27,477 nucleotides of DNA from a virus (taxonomy: Duplodnaviria; Caudoviricetes). The stretch is from the IMG/VR virus record IMGVR_UViG_3300028597_000060, positions 1 through 27,477 of that record. The stretch is one strand, 5' to 3'. Of the stretch, positions 15,291-23,349 are shown in pieces. Below the pieces are notes generated by a model, which saw only the letters and a program-made list of their open reading frames with translations, did no database searches and had not been told where the DNA came from. Made by a program: the position numbers and the translations under genes. Every line of letters begins with the position of its first letter. Within the stretch, counting starts at the first letter, position 1.

Positions 15291-15725
15291 TCAGTACTTG
15301 TTAGCGCGCAGGAGTCGGGGCAGCGTCCGCGCCTCAGCAGCCGAGATACCGAACAGTTCGGCAGCCTCCGCGAAGAGCATCTGACGGGCCCGCATGCGCT
15401 TGCCCAGGGTGCCAGCGAACCCGTTGCGAGGGTGCGGGGCAGGCTGGCGCAGCTCGAACGCCATCATCGGGGGCACGATGTGCGTACCGGTCGACAGCGT
15501 CACCGTGTTCTCAGCGTCCATCTTCGCGCGGGCCGCCTTGCCAGCCGCGAGCGCCTCCGCGTTCATCTTGCCCCTCTCCCCGTGGAAGGCCACCCAGCAC
15601 TTCGCGTCGGTGACGGACGCTCCGTAGGTGAGGTACGCGCCGCCGGTGTAAATGGCCACACCCTCCGGGGTCTCAGCGGTGGTGATGTAGCGGCCCTGGT
15701 CGTCGCGGTCGGTGATGTAGTTCAT
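15291..15725 (-). CDS. hypothetical accessory (moron-like) protein (144 aa, MNYITDRDD...)
   Basis: Start set at ATG 15725 behind GGAGGGG; has its own promoter, operator and terminators. Confidence 0.75.
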   Translation of the reverse strand: MNYITDRDDQGRYITTAETPEGVAIYTGGAYLTYGASVTDAKCWVAFHGERGKMNAEALAAGKAARAKMDAENTVTLSTGTHIVPPMMAFELRQPAPHPRNGFAGTLGKRMRARQMLFAEAAELFGISAAEARTLPRLLRANKY

Positions 15726-15761
15726 TGGGTTCCCCTCCGGTGTGTTCTTCGTTGTGTCTCC

Positions 15762-15811
15762 ATCATGGGGTACGAACGGGGGTCGGCGCAAGTCAGGTAC
15801 GAAAATTCGTA
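15762..15811 (-). promoter_or_regulatory. promoter TTGCGC-N18-CATGAT with operator (15798-15811) 6 bp upstream of -35
   Basis: Same geometry as 453-502 and 15202-15250; extra half-site TACGAA at 15771-15776. Confidence 0.6.
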
Positions 15812-15879
15812 GGTGGCCAAACGCAGAAATGCCCCCAGCGACCGCGCGTCAGCGCAGCCACCAGGGGCAAAAGTGCAGG

Positions 15880-16428
15880 TCAACCCAACTCGGCAACGCG
15901 CCGGTACAGGTCATCGAGAGTCGCAGTGTTGTAGACGATCCGGTCAGCCTCAAAGCTGTCTAGCGCCGTCTCGCTGGCGTGGTTGCCATGCTCGATCATC
16001 TGCCGCTCGGGCCGGACGATCCGCGCCAGCAGGAACCCGCGCGCACGCAGCATGTTCGCTTCGTTGGGGTACCGGACGTCAGTCACCACTACGGGCAGGT
16101 TCCACGCATCCGCGTTGTCCACCTTGCGCGCCAGCGTCCGAACCCAAAAGTCTTCATCGTGCTCGCGCACGCTCTGACCCATGCGCTGAATCGTCCGGCG
16201 AACCTCCGGATAGCGATCCTTGGCGTAGTCCCAACCCACGTCAGCGATAAGCGCGCTGAGGCGCACAGTTACGCCGTAGGTGGTCGGGATGTACGGGTCA
16301 ACGCTGAGCGCCATTTCCTTGAGCGGGTCAGCGAACGCGAGCCGGGTATAGGCGCGCTGGCGGACAAGCCAGAGTGCCGACGCGTCCTTACCCGAACGGG
16401 CCTTGCCGATAAACGCGATGTTGCGCAT
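15880..16428 (-). CDS. deoxynucleoside monophosphate kinase
   Basis: GKARSGKD P-loop, FADPLKEM, R..IQRMG, FWV and TDVRYPNE motifs. Confidence 0.93.
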   Translation of the reverse strand: MRNIAFIGKARSGKDASALWLVRQRAYTRLAFADPLKEMALSVDPYIPTTYGVTVRLSALIADVGWDYAKDRYPEVRRTIQRMGQSVREHDEDFWVRTLARKVDNADAWNLPVVVTDVRYPNEANMLRARGFLLARIVRPERQMIEHGNHASETALDSFEADRIVYNTATLDDLYRRVAELG

Positions 16429-16463
16429 GTGCGCCCTCCCCTGAGTAGGTTCTCAGGGGAGGG

Positions 16464-16479
16464 TTAGCGAGTCGGTTAC
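16464..16479 (-). promoter_or_regulatory. phage promoter-like motif (copy 7, GTAACCGACTCGCTAA)
   Basis: 15/16 match, followed by a 12-bp hairpin at 16434-16463. Confidence 0.72.
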
Positions 16480-16659
16480 TCAGGCACCCAGGAATAGGCG
16501 CAGGACACTGACCACTTCATCAGTGGGGAATCCGGGGACATAGCGGCTGACGAACGGAACGGCAACGATCAGCGCAGAGGCGACCTTGCCCTTATTGGCC
16601 AGCAGCCAGCGCACAGCCGTGACGAACTTGCCGGGGGTAGGGGCGGAATGCTCACCCAT
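16480..16659 (-). CDS. small membrane protein, holin candidate (59 aa, MGEHSAPTPGKF...)
   Basis: Hand translation; SD GGAGG; hydrophobic; lies in the lysis cassette. Confidence 0.65.
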   Translation of the reverse strand: MGEHSAPTPGKFVTAVRWLLANKGKVASALIVAVPFVSRYVPGFPTDEVVSVLRLFLGA

Positions 16660-16661
16660 GT

Positions 16662-16904
16662 TTAGCCTCCGATGGCTTTAGTGATGGTGATACCGGCGCT
16701 CACAATGGCACCGATGGTCGCTGTCGGTACTGCGTACTTCCAGCGTTCGACGCTGCGTAGCCTGTCCTCATGGTCAGTGAGGGTCTCTTGCACAGCATCA
16801 TTCGACTGCACCAGGGAGCGCACGTCATCCCGCAGGCCGACCACCTGATCGTAGATTTCGCGCGCCCCGATGGTGACACCTAGGGAATCTTCCTGCTCAG
16901 CCAT
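16662..16904 (-). CDS. coiled-coil plus C-terminal transmembrane lysis-cassette protein (holin-like)
   Basis: Heptad-like DHEDRLRSVE, C-terminal hydrophobic helix; follows the endolysin. Confidence 0.7.
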   Translation of the reverse strand: MAEQEDSLGVTIGAREIYDQVVGLRDDVRSLVQSNDAVQETLTDHEDRLRSVERWKYAVPTATIGAIVSAGITITKAIGG

Positions 16905-16907
16905 GGC

Positions 16908-17753
16908 CTAGACGTTCGGAACCTTCAGCCGGTCCCAAGACGACTTGCCCGGCCAGCCATCAGCGCCAGCGCCGGAATAGCCGCACTTGCGCTGCCACCA
17001 CGCGTAAGCCTCACGGTCGGCGTCGGTCCACTGCGGGCCCGGACCAACCTTGTAGCCCTTATACCCGGCAGCGACCAGCCGCTTACCCATGGCCGTGACG
17101 ATGGCGCTCTTCGGCTTGCGCTTGAAGAACGCAGCGCCGGGGAACGGCTCATAGGTGGCCACAGGCTTAGGCTTGGCAGCCGTAGGGGCCGCAGCGAAGA
17201 GAGCCGACTTGCTGATGTTGCCGGGGTCCCAATGGTCATTGCCGGGGATGTTGCTGTGCCCGTAGTGGCCACCCTCGCTCAGCCACACATCACGCGTGCG
17301 CTTAGCCGCAGGGTCGGCGTAGCGGCTCGCCAGAGCGCCCATGGGGAACGTGTCCGGCACGCCCCACGAACGGATAGCAGCCATCAGCGCGCGGAAGTTC
17401 GGGCCCGGCTTCCAGTAGCCAGTGAACGGCGTAGCGGCTCGCGCCAGTACCTCAATCTGAATGCACACCTTGCCGGTACGGTTCGTGCGCGTAGACCCAT
17501 CGTTCTTCAGCGCGCGGGCCGACTGATTGAGCGGGCCGAACTGCCCAAGCCTGTCCGTAGTGGGGTCATACAGAATGTGCGGCTCTGCACCAATCTTGAT
17601 CAGGTAGCCAGCGACAGCCTTGAAGGCAGCGTCACCGGCCCCCGACTCGGTTGAATGCCAGACCACGCGCGCTGGCTTGGTAGGGCTGTCCATGGCCCCG
17701 CCAATGGAGCCATCGCCTAGCCGCTCAGCGCCAGGAATCCAGTTAGTACCCAT
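16908..17753 (-). CDS. endolysin: N-acetylmuramoyl-L-alanine amidase with C-terminal peptidoglycan-binding domain
   Basis: WHSTE, QIE, GH..IPGNDHWDPG zinc-amidase motifs; Ala/Pro/Lys linker; WQRKCG...ADGWPG..SW binding domain. Confidence 0.92.
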   Translation of the reverse strand: MGTNWIPGAERLGDGSIGGAMDSPTKPARVVWHSTESGAGDAAFKAVAGYLIKIGAEPHILYDPTTDRLGQFGPLNQSARALKNDGSTRTNRTGKVCIQIEVLARAATPFTGYWKPGPNFRALMAAIRSWGVPDTFPMGALASRYADPAAKRTRDVWLSEGGHYGHSNIPGNDHWDPGNISKSALFAAAPTAAKPKPVATYEPFPGAAFFKRKPKSAIVTAMGKRLVAAGYKGYKVGPGPQWTDADREAYAWWQRKCGYSGAGADGWPGKSSWDRLKVPNV

Positions 17754-17773
17754 GGGGTCCCTTCAAAGAAAAC

Positions 17774-17827
17774 GGTCCGGGGGTAGACCACACTCACTCA
17801 CTAGCGAGTCGGTTACTCCCCCGGACC
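17774..17827 (-). terminator. long terminator-like hairpin whose 5' arm includes promoter motif copy 8 (17801-17816)
   Basis: GGTCCGGGGG...CCCCCGGACC followed by GTTTTCTTT; inner pairing of ACC/GGT and ACTCGCT/AGTGAGT. Confidence 0.7.
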
Positions 17828-17830
17828 ACG

Positions 17831-17844
17831 TACGAAAGTTCGTA
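17831..17844. promoter_or_regulatory. operator palindrome TACGAAAGTTCGTA
   Basis: Motif copy right after the tail-spike stop. Confidence 0.75.
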
Positions 17845-17848
17845 GGTG

Positions 17849-19471
17849 CTAGCTCACAAGGTTCGCGCCCGGAATGGTGCTGCCTCCGCTGAATGACGTG
17901 GTGGCCGTACCGCCCGAACCGATGCTGATGCCCACAGTGGACGACCAGCCGTTACCGGTTAGATCATTGTTGGCGATCGTCACGCCAGTCGGCTGCGAAC
18001 CGCTGGTGCCGCTGGTCGTGATGCCGTTCTGTGAAGTGCCCTTCACAATGCGGTTGTTGGTCACCGTGCCATCGTTCGCGCCGTCGCCAAGCCTGATGCC
18101 CGCACCCGTGCTGGACGCGTTCGTCACTCGGTTGCCGGTGATCAGGTAGTCATTCGACGTAGTGACGAAAATGCAGTGGTTCGTGCTACAGCCGTTGACG
18201 TGGTTGGAACTCACCACAGTGCCCGTGGAACCCGTCACGTTGATGCCGTTAGACGTGTTGTTCCGAATGGTGTTGCCGGTGATCGAACCCGAGTCAGAAA
18301 GGTTGTTGTAGATGCCCGTACCGCGCACGAACGCCAGCGTGTTACCGGTCACCGCAGGCGACTCGCAATACTCGACGTGAATACCGTTCGCGTTGCCAGA
18401 GCCACCACCGTTGACCGAGTTGCCGGTAATCACCGCTTGCTGCACCTTGCTGGCGCTGTAGCCGATGACCCGAATACCACTGTCAGACTTGGCGTTCGTG
18501 ATGGTGTTGCCGGACACCGTCAGATCGTAGGTGTCTACGGCGATACTGCTGGGGTTGCTGGTGCCAAGCCAGATGCCGCTAGAACCACTGGAGTTGATGA
18601 CGTTGTTAGCGATGACAGCGCGACGCCAGCCGTAGCCCCGGATGCCCTCTTGCAGCGTGCCATCAACGCGGTTGTTCACCACCTGAATACCGTAGTACGC
18701 CTTGCCAGCGGACAGCGTGTGAGAGCCGACAGCGCGACCGAAGTAGCCGCAGCGAGCCGAGTTTGAGAACACGCAGCCATCAACCAGGATGTTGCGCGAG
18801 GGTGTGTCATCAAACGCGCCGATAGACGCTGAACCACTCTTCGCAATATCGATCTGTACGGCCTCAGCGAACCCGCGCGAACCATCAGCTGAGTTGTCCT
18901 GGAAGCCGAAGAAATTGCAGTTGAGTACCCGTCCACCATCGGTCGAATTGAACTCCAGCGCGTGAGCACTCGACACATTCTGAAGCGTCGCATCCCGCAC
19001 AGTGATGTCCGTACAGTGTACGAAACTCATGATGTTGGTCATGCTGGTGACGCTGCCCGTAGTGCCGTTGAACGCGTTACCGTCCCACACACCGCCCAGC
19101 ACCTGAATATGCGAGTGTCCCCCGTACTCGCTGAAACTCTCATCAGAGCGGAAGTTACGGAGGATGCCCGTATTGCCAATGCTCTTGATCGTCGCACCGT
19201 ACGCGTAAATGGTGGTGTAGTCGTAGGCGACAATGAACGTCGAAATGGCGTACGTCTTACCGGGCGTGAACTGCACCAGCCCGCCGCCGCTCTCGCTGGC
19301 GAAGTTGAGCGCAGCCTGAATAGCCGCAGTATCGTCCGTGACACCGTCACCGACAGCGCCGAACGTCTCAACATTCATCGTGCTGGAAGTGTTCAGCCGC
19401 TCTAGCATGTACTGAAGTCGTCCGCCGGTGATGTCCATACCGGGACGCCAAGCCTCAACGGGAGTAGACAA
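17849..19471 (-). CDS. tail spike / receptor-binding protein with right-handed parallel beta-helix (pectate-lyase-like)
   Basis: NVETFGAVGDGVTDDTAAIQAA motif and many ITGN/VSGN repeats; TTG start behind AGGAG. Confidence 0.88.
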   Translation of the reverse strand: MSTPVEAWRPGMDITGGRLQYMLERLNTSSTMNVETFGAVGDGVTDDTAAIQAALNFASESGGGLVQFTPGKTYAISTFIVAYDYTTIYAYGATIKSIGNTGILRNFRSDESFSEYGGHSHIQVLGGVWDGNAFNGTTGSVTSMTNIMSFVHCTDITVRDATLQNVSSAHALEFNSTDGGRVLNCNFFGFQDNSADGSRGFAEAVQIDIAKSGSASIGAFDDTPSRNILVDGCVFSNSARCGYFGRAVGSHTLSAGKAYYGIQVVNNRVDGTLQEGIRGYGWRRAVIANNVINSSGSSGIWLGTSNPSSIAVDTYDLTVSGNTITNAKSDSGIRVIGYSASKVQQAVITGNSVNGGGSGNANGIHVEYCESPAVTGNTLAFVRGTGIYNNLSDSGSITGNTIRNNTSNGINVTGSTGTVVSSNHVNGCSTNHCIFVTTSNDYLITGNRVTNASSTGAGIRLGDGANDGTVTNNRIVKGTSQNGITTSGTSGSQPTGVTIANNDLTGNGWSSTVGISIGSGGTATTSFSGGSTIPGANLVS

Positions 19472-19492
19472 AGAATTCTCCTGAGAAAAGGG

Positions 19493-19530
19493 GCAGGGGC
19501 CACGTACGAAAATTCGTAGGTGACCCCTGC
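19493..19530 (-). terminator. hairpin containing the operator TACGAAAATTCGTA (19505-19518)
   Basis: GCAGGGGTCAC-c-operator-c-GTGGCCCCTGC-CCCTTTTCT. Confidence 0.75.
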
Positions 19531-19533
19531 TAG

Positions 19534-22500
19534 TTACAGAGACACGACAGCGGGATTGGCGACCGAGACGCTTGCCCCTACCGGCTGCGCCTTGACCACA
19601 CCGTTCAGCGAGCGAGCCACCGCGAAGTGCTGCGAGTCGTTCACTTGAAGGGCATCAAACGCTGTAGTGACAGGGAGCGTGTTCGTGTTCGTGCTGCTGA
19701 TGTAGGAACGGACACCGACACCGCCAGGGCCCGCAAGTTCAGCGTCCGTGACGACTAGTTGCCAATCGCGCGGCTCGCTGTCCTGCGTGCGCCAGAACTT
19801 GGCACGGATCGTCGACCCTACGGCGCTGATGCGAACCCTGTAGCCCTGCCCAGCAGTGTGGGTCAGAGTCGTCCCGTACGTCGCCAGTAGCGATTCCGTA
19901 GGCGTGCGCTTCCGTAGCGACAGCTCAGCAACACCAGTCGTCTTGCACCAGATACGGGCGAAGTAGTAGTTCGTCGCATCCGCATTCGTCCGCACAAGCG
20001 CGTAGGTGTAGACCCCGTCACCAGTCGGCATAACCGGCACCGTTACCGTCGCTGAAAAGTCAACGTCAGTTAGCTGCACAGTCGGTAGCGACGTGGTGTA
20101 GAAGAGACTCCGCGTGCCCATGATGTGCTGGCCCTGCGAGCCGTTGACAGCGAACCGCGTAGCGGCTGCGCCACCCGTAATCAGGTAGTCGTGCCCTGAG
20201 TCGGAAGTACCCCAACCGTCAGTGACAGTGCGCGTGAATTCATCGCTGACCGACTGCCCCGACACAGCGAACATGCGGGCACCCCACAGGTAGATAGGCT
20301 GCGCGCTAGGCGTGCCACCCCACCGACCACGAACCTTGCCACGAACCGTGTTAGCGGCTGCGGTGAAGTCGTACTGTGTCCACGTCCACACACCAGCGGG
20401 AATGGCCTGCGCAGGGGCAACCGCCGTACCCAAGTAGGTACCCGCAGCGTTGTAGTTGTAGAACGCGGGCCGGAAATCCGACAGGCCGTTAGGTGCGTAA
20501 ACCCACATGCCAACCCGGTACCGGCGACCAGGGGTCACACTCCCCGCAGCGCTCATCGGGGACACGCCGTCACCAAACTCGCTGGTGCCGTTCGGCGTGA
20601 CCTGAACCACTCCCCCAACCTTGCCGTTCGGTAGAGTAACTCCGTTCTGCCAACCGACAGTTGAGCTAGCACCGGTCCACGCAGCGCCCGTAGTCATGTA
20701 CGGGTCGCCAGTGTCGACTAGTTCACCGACCGACATAACCCGCATGTGCTCGCCAGCGACGCGAACGTCATACGGCAGGGACAGGGGGTCATCAGCCCAT
20801 AGCGGGCCCTCAGTTGTACGCACAACCAGGGACGTGGCCGACGCCGTAGCAGCCTGAGCCACCGCAGAGCCATCAGTGTCCGCAATCGCAGCGTCGGTGA
20901 GAGCCGTATCCCATGGGCCAGCCGGGACGCAGTTAAGGTCCAGTTCCCAGCGGTACATGTCGAGACGCTCGGTCCAGCCCAAGACGATTAGATCAACGTC
21001 GTCATGACTCACCCACTCGGGCAGATCAGTGATACGAACCTTGTCACCCTCGCGCAGCTTGCGCACCAGCGGGATAAGCCACTCGGCCCCCGGCTTGTGC
21101 AGGAGGAGAGACACAGTCGGGAACCGCGCTGCATCCCAAGTGCCCTTGTGCAGACGCCAATGCGCGTGCGGCGCTGCCTGATCATCGCGAGCGAGGCTGA
21201 CGGTGTAGGAAGCGTCATACTTGCCGATACCGTCCGGCGCAGGCTGGACACTGAGCGGGCCCTCTTCCAGCACGGCACGCCCAGCACTGCCCCCGTCACG
21301 AACTACCGTCACATCGTTGACAGTTGCGCTGTCGTCGTCCACGGGTTCAAGGTCGGGCCCTAGGCCAGCAGACGTGTAGCTGAGCGTGATAGCGGGTTCC
21401 TGCGCGTACAGGCTCGAACGGTCCCGGTAGCGCAGGCCGATACGGTCCATGTCTTCCGTCAGCATCCCGCCGTCTGCGTCTGCGGCAGCCTCTAGCAGCG
21501 ACAGCAGCGAGTCACGGCGCTGGAAACCTACGGCCTCAGTGCTGAGCCGTCCGGGTGTACGCGTGAGCGTGAGACCCTCTTCAACGGCCAGCCTGCGCAT
21601 GCGCGTTAGCGCCGTCTCGCCAAGGTAGGCGTTGTCACTTCCGGTGTAGAGAGCGCTGCCCGCTTCCCGCAGAACGGCAAGGTGACCGACTGCCCAACCC
21701 TCAGTCAGCGCAGGCCAGTCAGCCGACACCATGGAAACACTTCCGCAGGTGCCAGTAACCGTGCCGGACAGACCACCAGCATCCCCGCCGGGGTCCTGCC
21801 ACTCGATACGCCAAGTGAACGTGCCACCGCTATCAGCGTCATACGCGAAGAAACGGAAACGGGTCCAGTCGTTGAAGATGTCCGCGCCGACCACAGCGCC
21901 CTGCCACACCACGCGCGTACCCGCAGCGTTATAGCCCTCAACGGTCACCAGCGTGTTCCGCTTGAAAATGACCCACTGTCGGATAGTGCCGTTACCTGAA
22001 AGGATCTTCAGAAACTCCACATCTTCCATCGGGATTTTCTTGTCAGCGTTATAGACCATTTCGACGTGCCACTGTCCCGGCTCAGCGTCCGGCACTGGCG
22101 CACTCAGCGACGACTCGCCGGTAAGGCGCGGCAGGGGCGCAGAGCTAGGCAGCGAGTCAGCGGACGCCCAATCGACAGACGACACAGACGCAGGCTGCAC
22201 ACCCGGAATAGGCGAGTAAGCCTGTACGGCGTCCGTCAGTTCCTCCATCGGCCAGTAGGCAATGGGGTTGCCGGACGGGATGCGCCGACGCAGAGTCGAG
22301 TCAAGAGCCTTGGTGCCCTGCCCGAGTCGACGCAGGATGCCGTTAGCCGTAATGGGGGTCCATATGTCGGCGTCATCAGTCGACCAGCGCAGAGGCCAAG
22401 AGGCCACCTCACCGACGAACCTGTCCGCACGGTCCCGAACCTGCGCAGAGCCGCTCAGCGTCCACACGTTGCCCTGTGCGTCCGTCACAGAGGCAGAGCC

Positions 22501-23334
22501 AGGGGCGGCAACCCTAAAGTCAGGAGAGGCGACTACAGGGCCATCTATGCCGTTCCGAACCTCAAACCGGTAGCCCCGGCCAGTCATCGGCCTGCGCCCG
22601 GAAACCTTGGGGTCAGTCACGCCGATACGCAGGGGGGCCGTGCCGGAAAAGATGGGTGACGTGCCCGCCGTAACCGTCACCGGCTGCTGAATCATGGTCC
22701 AGCCGTTCGGAGCGTCAAGCGACTCGGCCCAATAGAACGTGACGGTATTCCCGCCTCGCCCGTTGTCAACATCCATGGTCACGCGGATAGCCGCACGCTC
22801 GGGCAGCGCAGGCAGACCGCGCGCAAACCAGCGGCCACCCGCACTCTCGTTACCCGAAATGGTGTAACGGAAATAGATGCTGCCGTTGTAGACCTGCACG
22901 AACCAACTCGACTGAAGGGCAGCGGAATCCCACTTGCCAATGATCAGTTGGTTAGTCGACCCGTACCAGTCCGGCGAGATCTCCGCGCGCACGTCGATAT
23001 CGCCGGTGATATCCAGCGAGGCAGAATCGGGAGTGCTCGCCTCGCAACCGTCACGGCCATCTAGCTGTAGGTAGCTTTCCTCACTCGGCACGCTCAGCCG
23101 TAGAGGCGTGTTCCTGCCTATCAGCCCATACAGGGGAGACATGGCATTCCGGGGCGAGTACTTACCAGCCCGATTGTTCAGCGTCAGAGACAGCGAGGCA
23201 GGGTCAGCAGTGGAACCCTGGTCGCGCAACCCCCGGACGATGTTCTTCACTTCACGTAGGTACACGTCCGGACTCACGTCCAGCCACGTCCCACCGATGA
23301 AAAGTTCCGTCCGAATGTCTAGCGGAAAGCCCAC
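19534..23334 (-). CDS. large minor tail / baseplate protein with probable lectin (LamG/CBM-like) insertions (1266 aa)
   Basis: Directly follows the tape measure; beta-rich, Trp-rich; AYWPMEE and VTPGRRYRVGMWVY segments. Confidence 0.8.
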   Translation of the reverse strand: MGFPLDIRTELFIGGTWLDVSPDVYLREVKNIVRGLRDQGSTADPASLSLTLNNRAGKYSPRNAMSPLYGLIGRNTPLRLSVPSEESYLQLDGRDGCEASTPDSASLDITGDIDVRAEISPDWYGSTNQLIIGKWDSAALQSSWFVQVYNGSIYFRYTISGNESAGGRWFARGLPALPERAAIRVTMDVDNGRGGNTVTFYWAESLDAPNGWTMIQQPVTVTAGTSPIFSGTAPLRIGVTDPKVSGRRPMTGRGYRFEVRNGIDGPVVASPDFRVAAPGSASVTDAQGNVWTLSGSAQVRDRADRFVGEVASWPLRWSTDDADIWTPITANGILRRLGQGTKALDSTLRRRIPSGNPIAYWPMEELTDAVQAYSPIPGVQPASVSSVDWASADSLPSSAPLPRLTGESSLSAPVPDAEPGQWHVEMVYNADKKIPMEDVEFLKILSGNGTIRQWVIFKRNTLVTVEGYNAAGTRVVWQGAVVGADIFNDWTRFRFFAYDADSGGTFTWRIEWQDPGGDAGGLSGTVTGTCGSVSMVSADWPALTEGWAVGHLAVLREAGSALYTGSDNAYLGETALTRMRRLAVEEGLTLTRTPGRLSTEAVGFQRRDSLLSLLEAAADADGGMLTEDMDRIGLRYRDRSSLYAQEPAITLSYTSAGLGPDLEPVDDDSATVNDVTVVRDGGSAGRAVLEEGPLSVQPAPDGIGKYDASYTVSLARDDQAAPHAHWRLHKGTWDAARFPTVSLLLHKPGAEWLIPLVRKLREGDKVRITDLPEWVSHDDVDLIVLGWTERLDMYRWELDLNCVPAGPWDTALTDAAIADTDGSAVAQAATASATSLVVRTTEGPLWADDPLSLPYDVRVAGEHMRVMSVGELVDTGDPYMTTGAAWTGASSTVGWQNGVTLPNGKVGGVVQVTPNGTSEFGDGVSPMSAAGSVTPGRRYRVGMWVYAPNGLSDFRPAFYNYNAAGTYLGTAVAPAQAIPAGVWTWTQYDFTAAANTVRGKVRGRWGGTPSAQPIYLWGARMFAVSGQSVSDEFTRTVTDGWGTSDSGHDYLITGGAAATRFAVNGSQGQHIMGTRSLFYTTSLPTVQLTDVDFSATVTVPVMPTGDGVYTYALVRTNADATNYYFARIWCKTTGVAELSLRKRTPTESLLATYGTTLTHTAGQGYRVRISAVGSTIRAKFWRTQDSEPRDWQLVVTDAELAGPGGVGVRSYISSTNTNTLPVTTAFDALQVNDSQHFAVARSLNGVVKAQPVGASVSVANPAVVSL

Positions 23335-23349
23335 TGCTGACCCCTGTCT

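Noticed and set aside
5219-15812. Long plus-strand ORFs (e.g. 5219-6526, 11329-12426, 12393-13244, 14304-15812)
   Set aside because: They are antisense shadows of well-supported minus-strand genes, expected in high-GC DNA, and show no motifs.
522-16428. ThyX, dCMP deaminase and dNMP kinase as a modified-base pathway
   Set aside because: These form an ordinary dTTP-supply set; no hydroxymethylase, glycosyltransferase, PurZ or 7-deazaguanine genes are visible.
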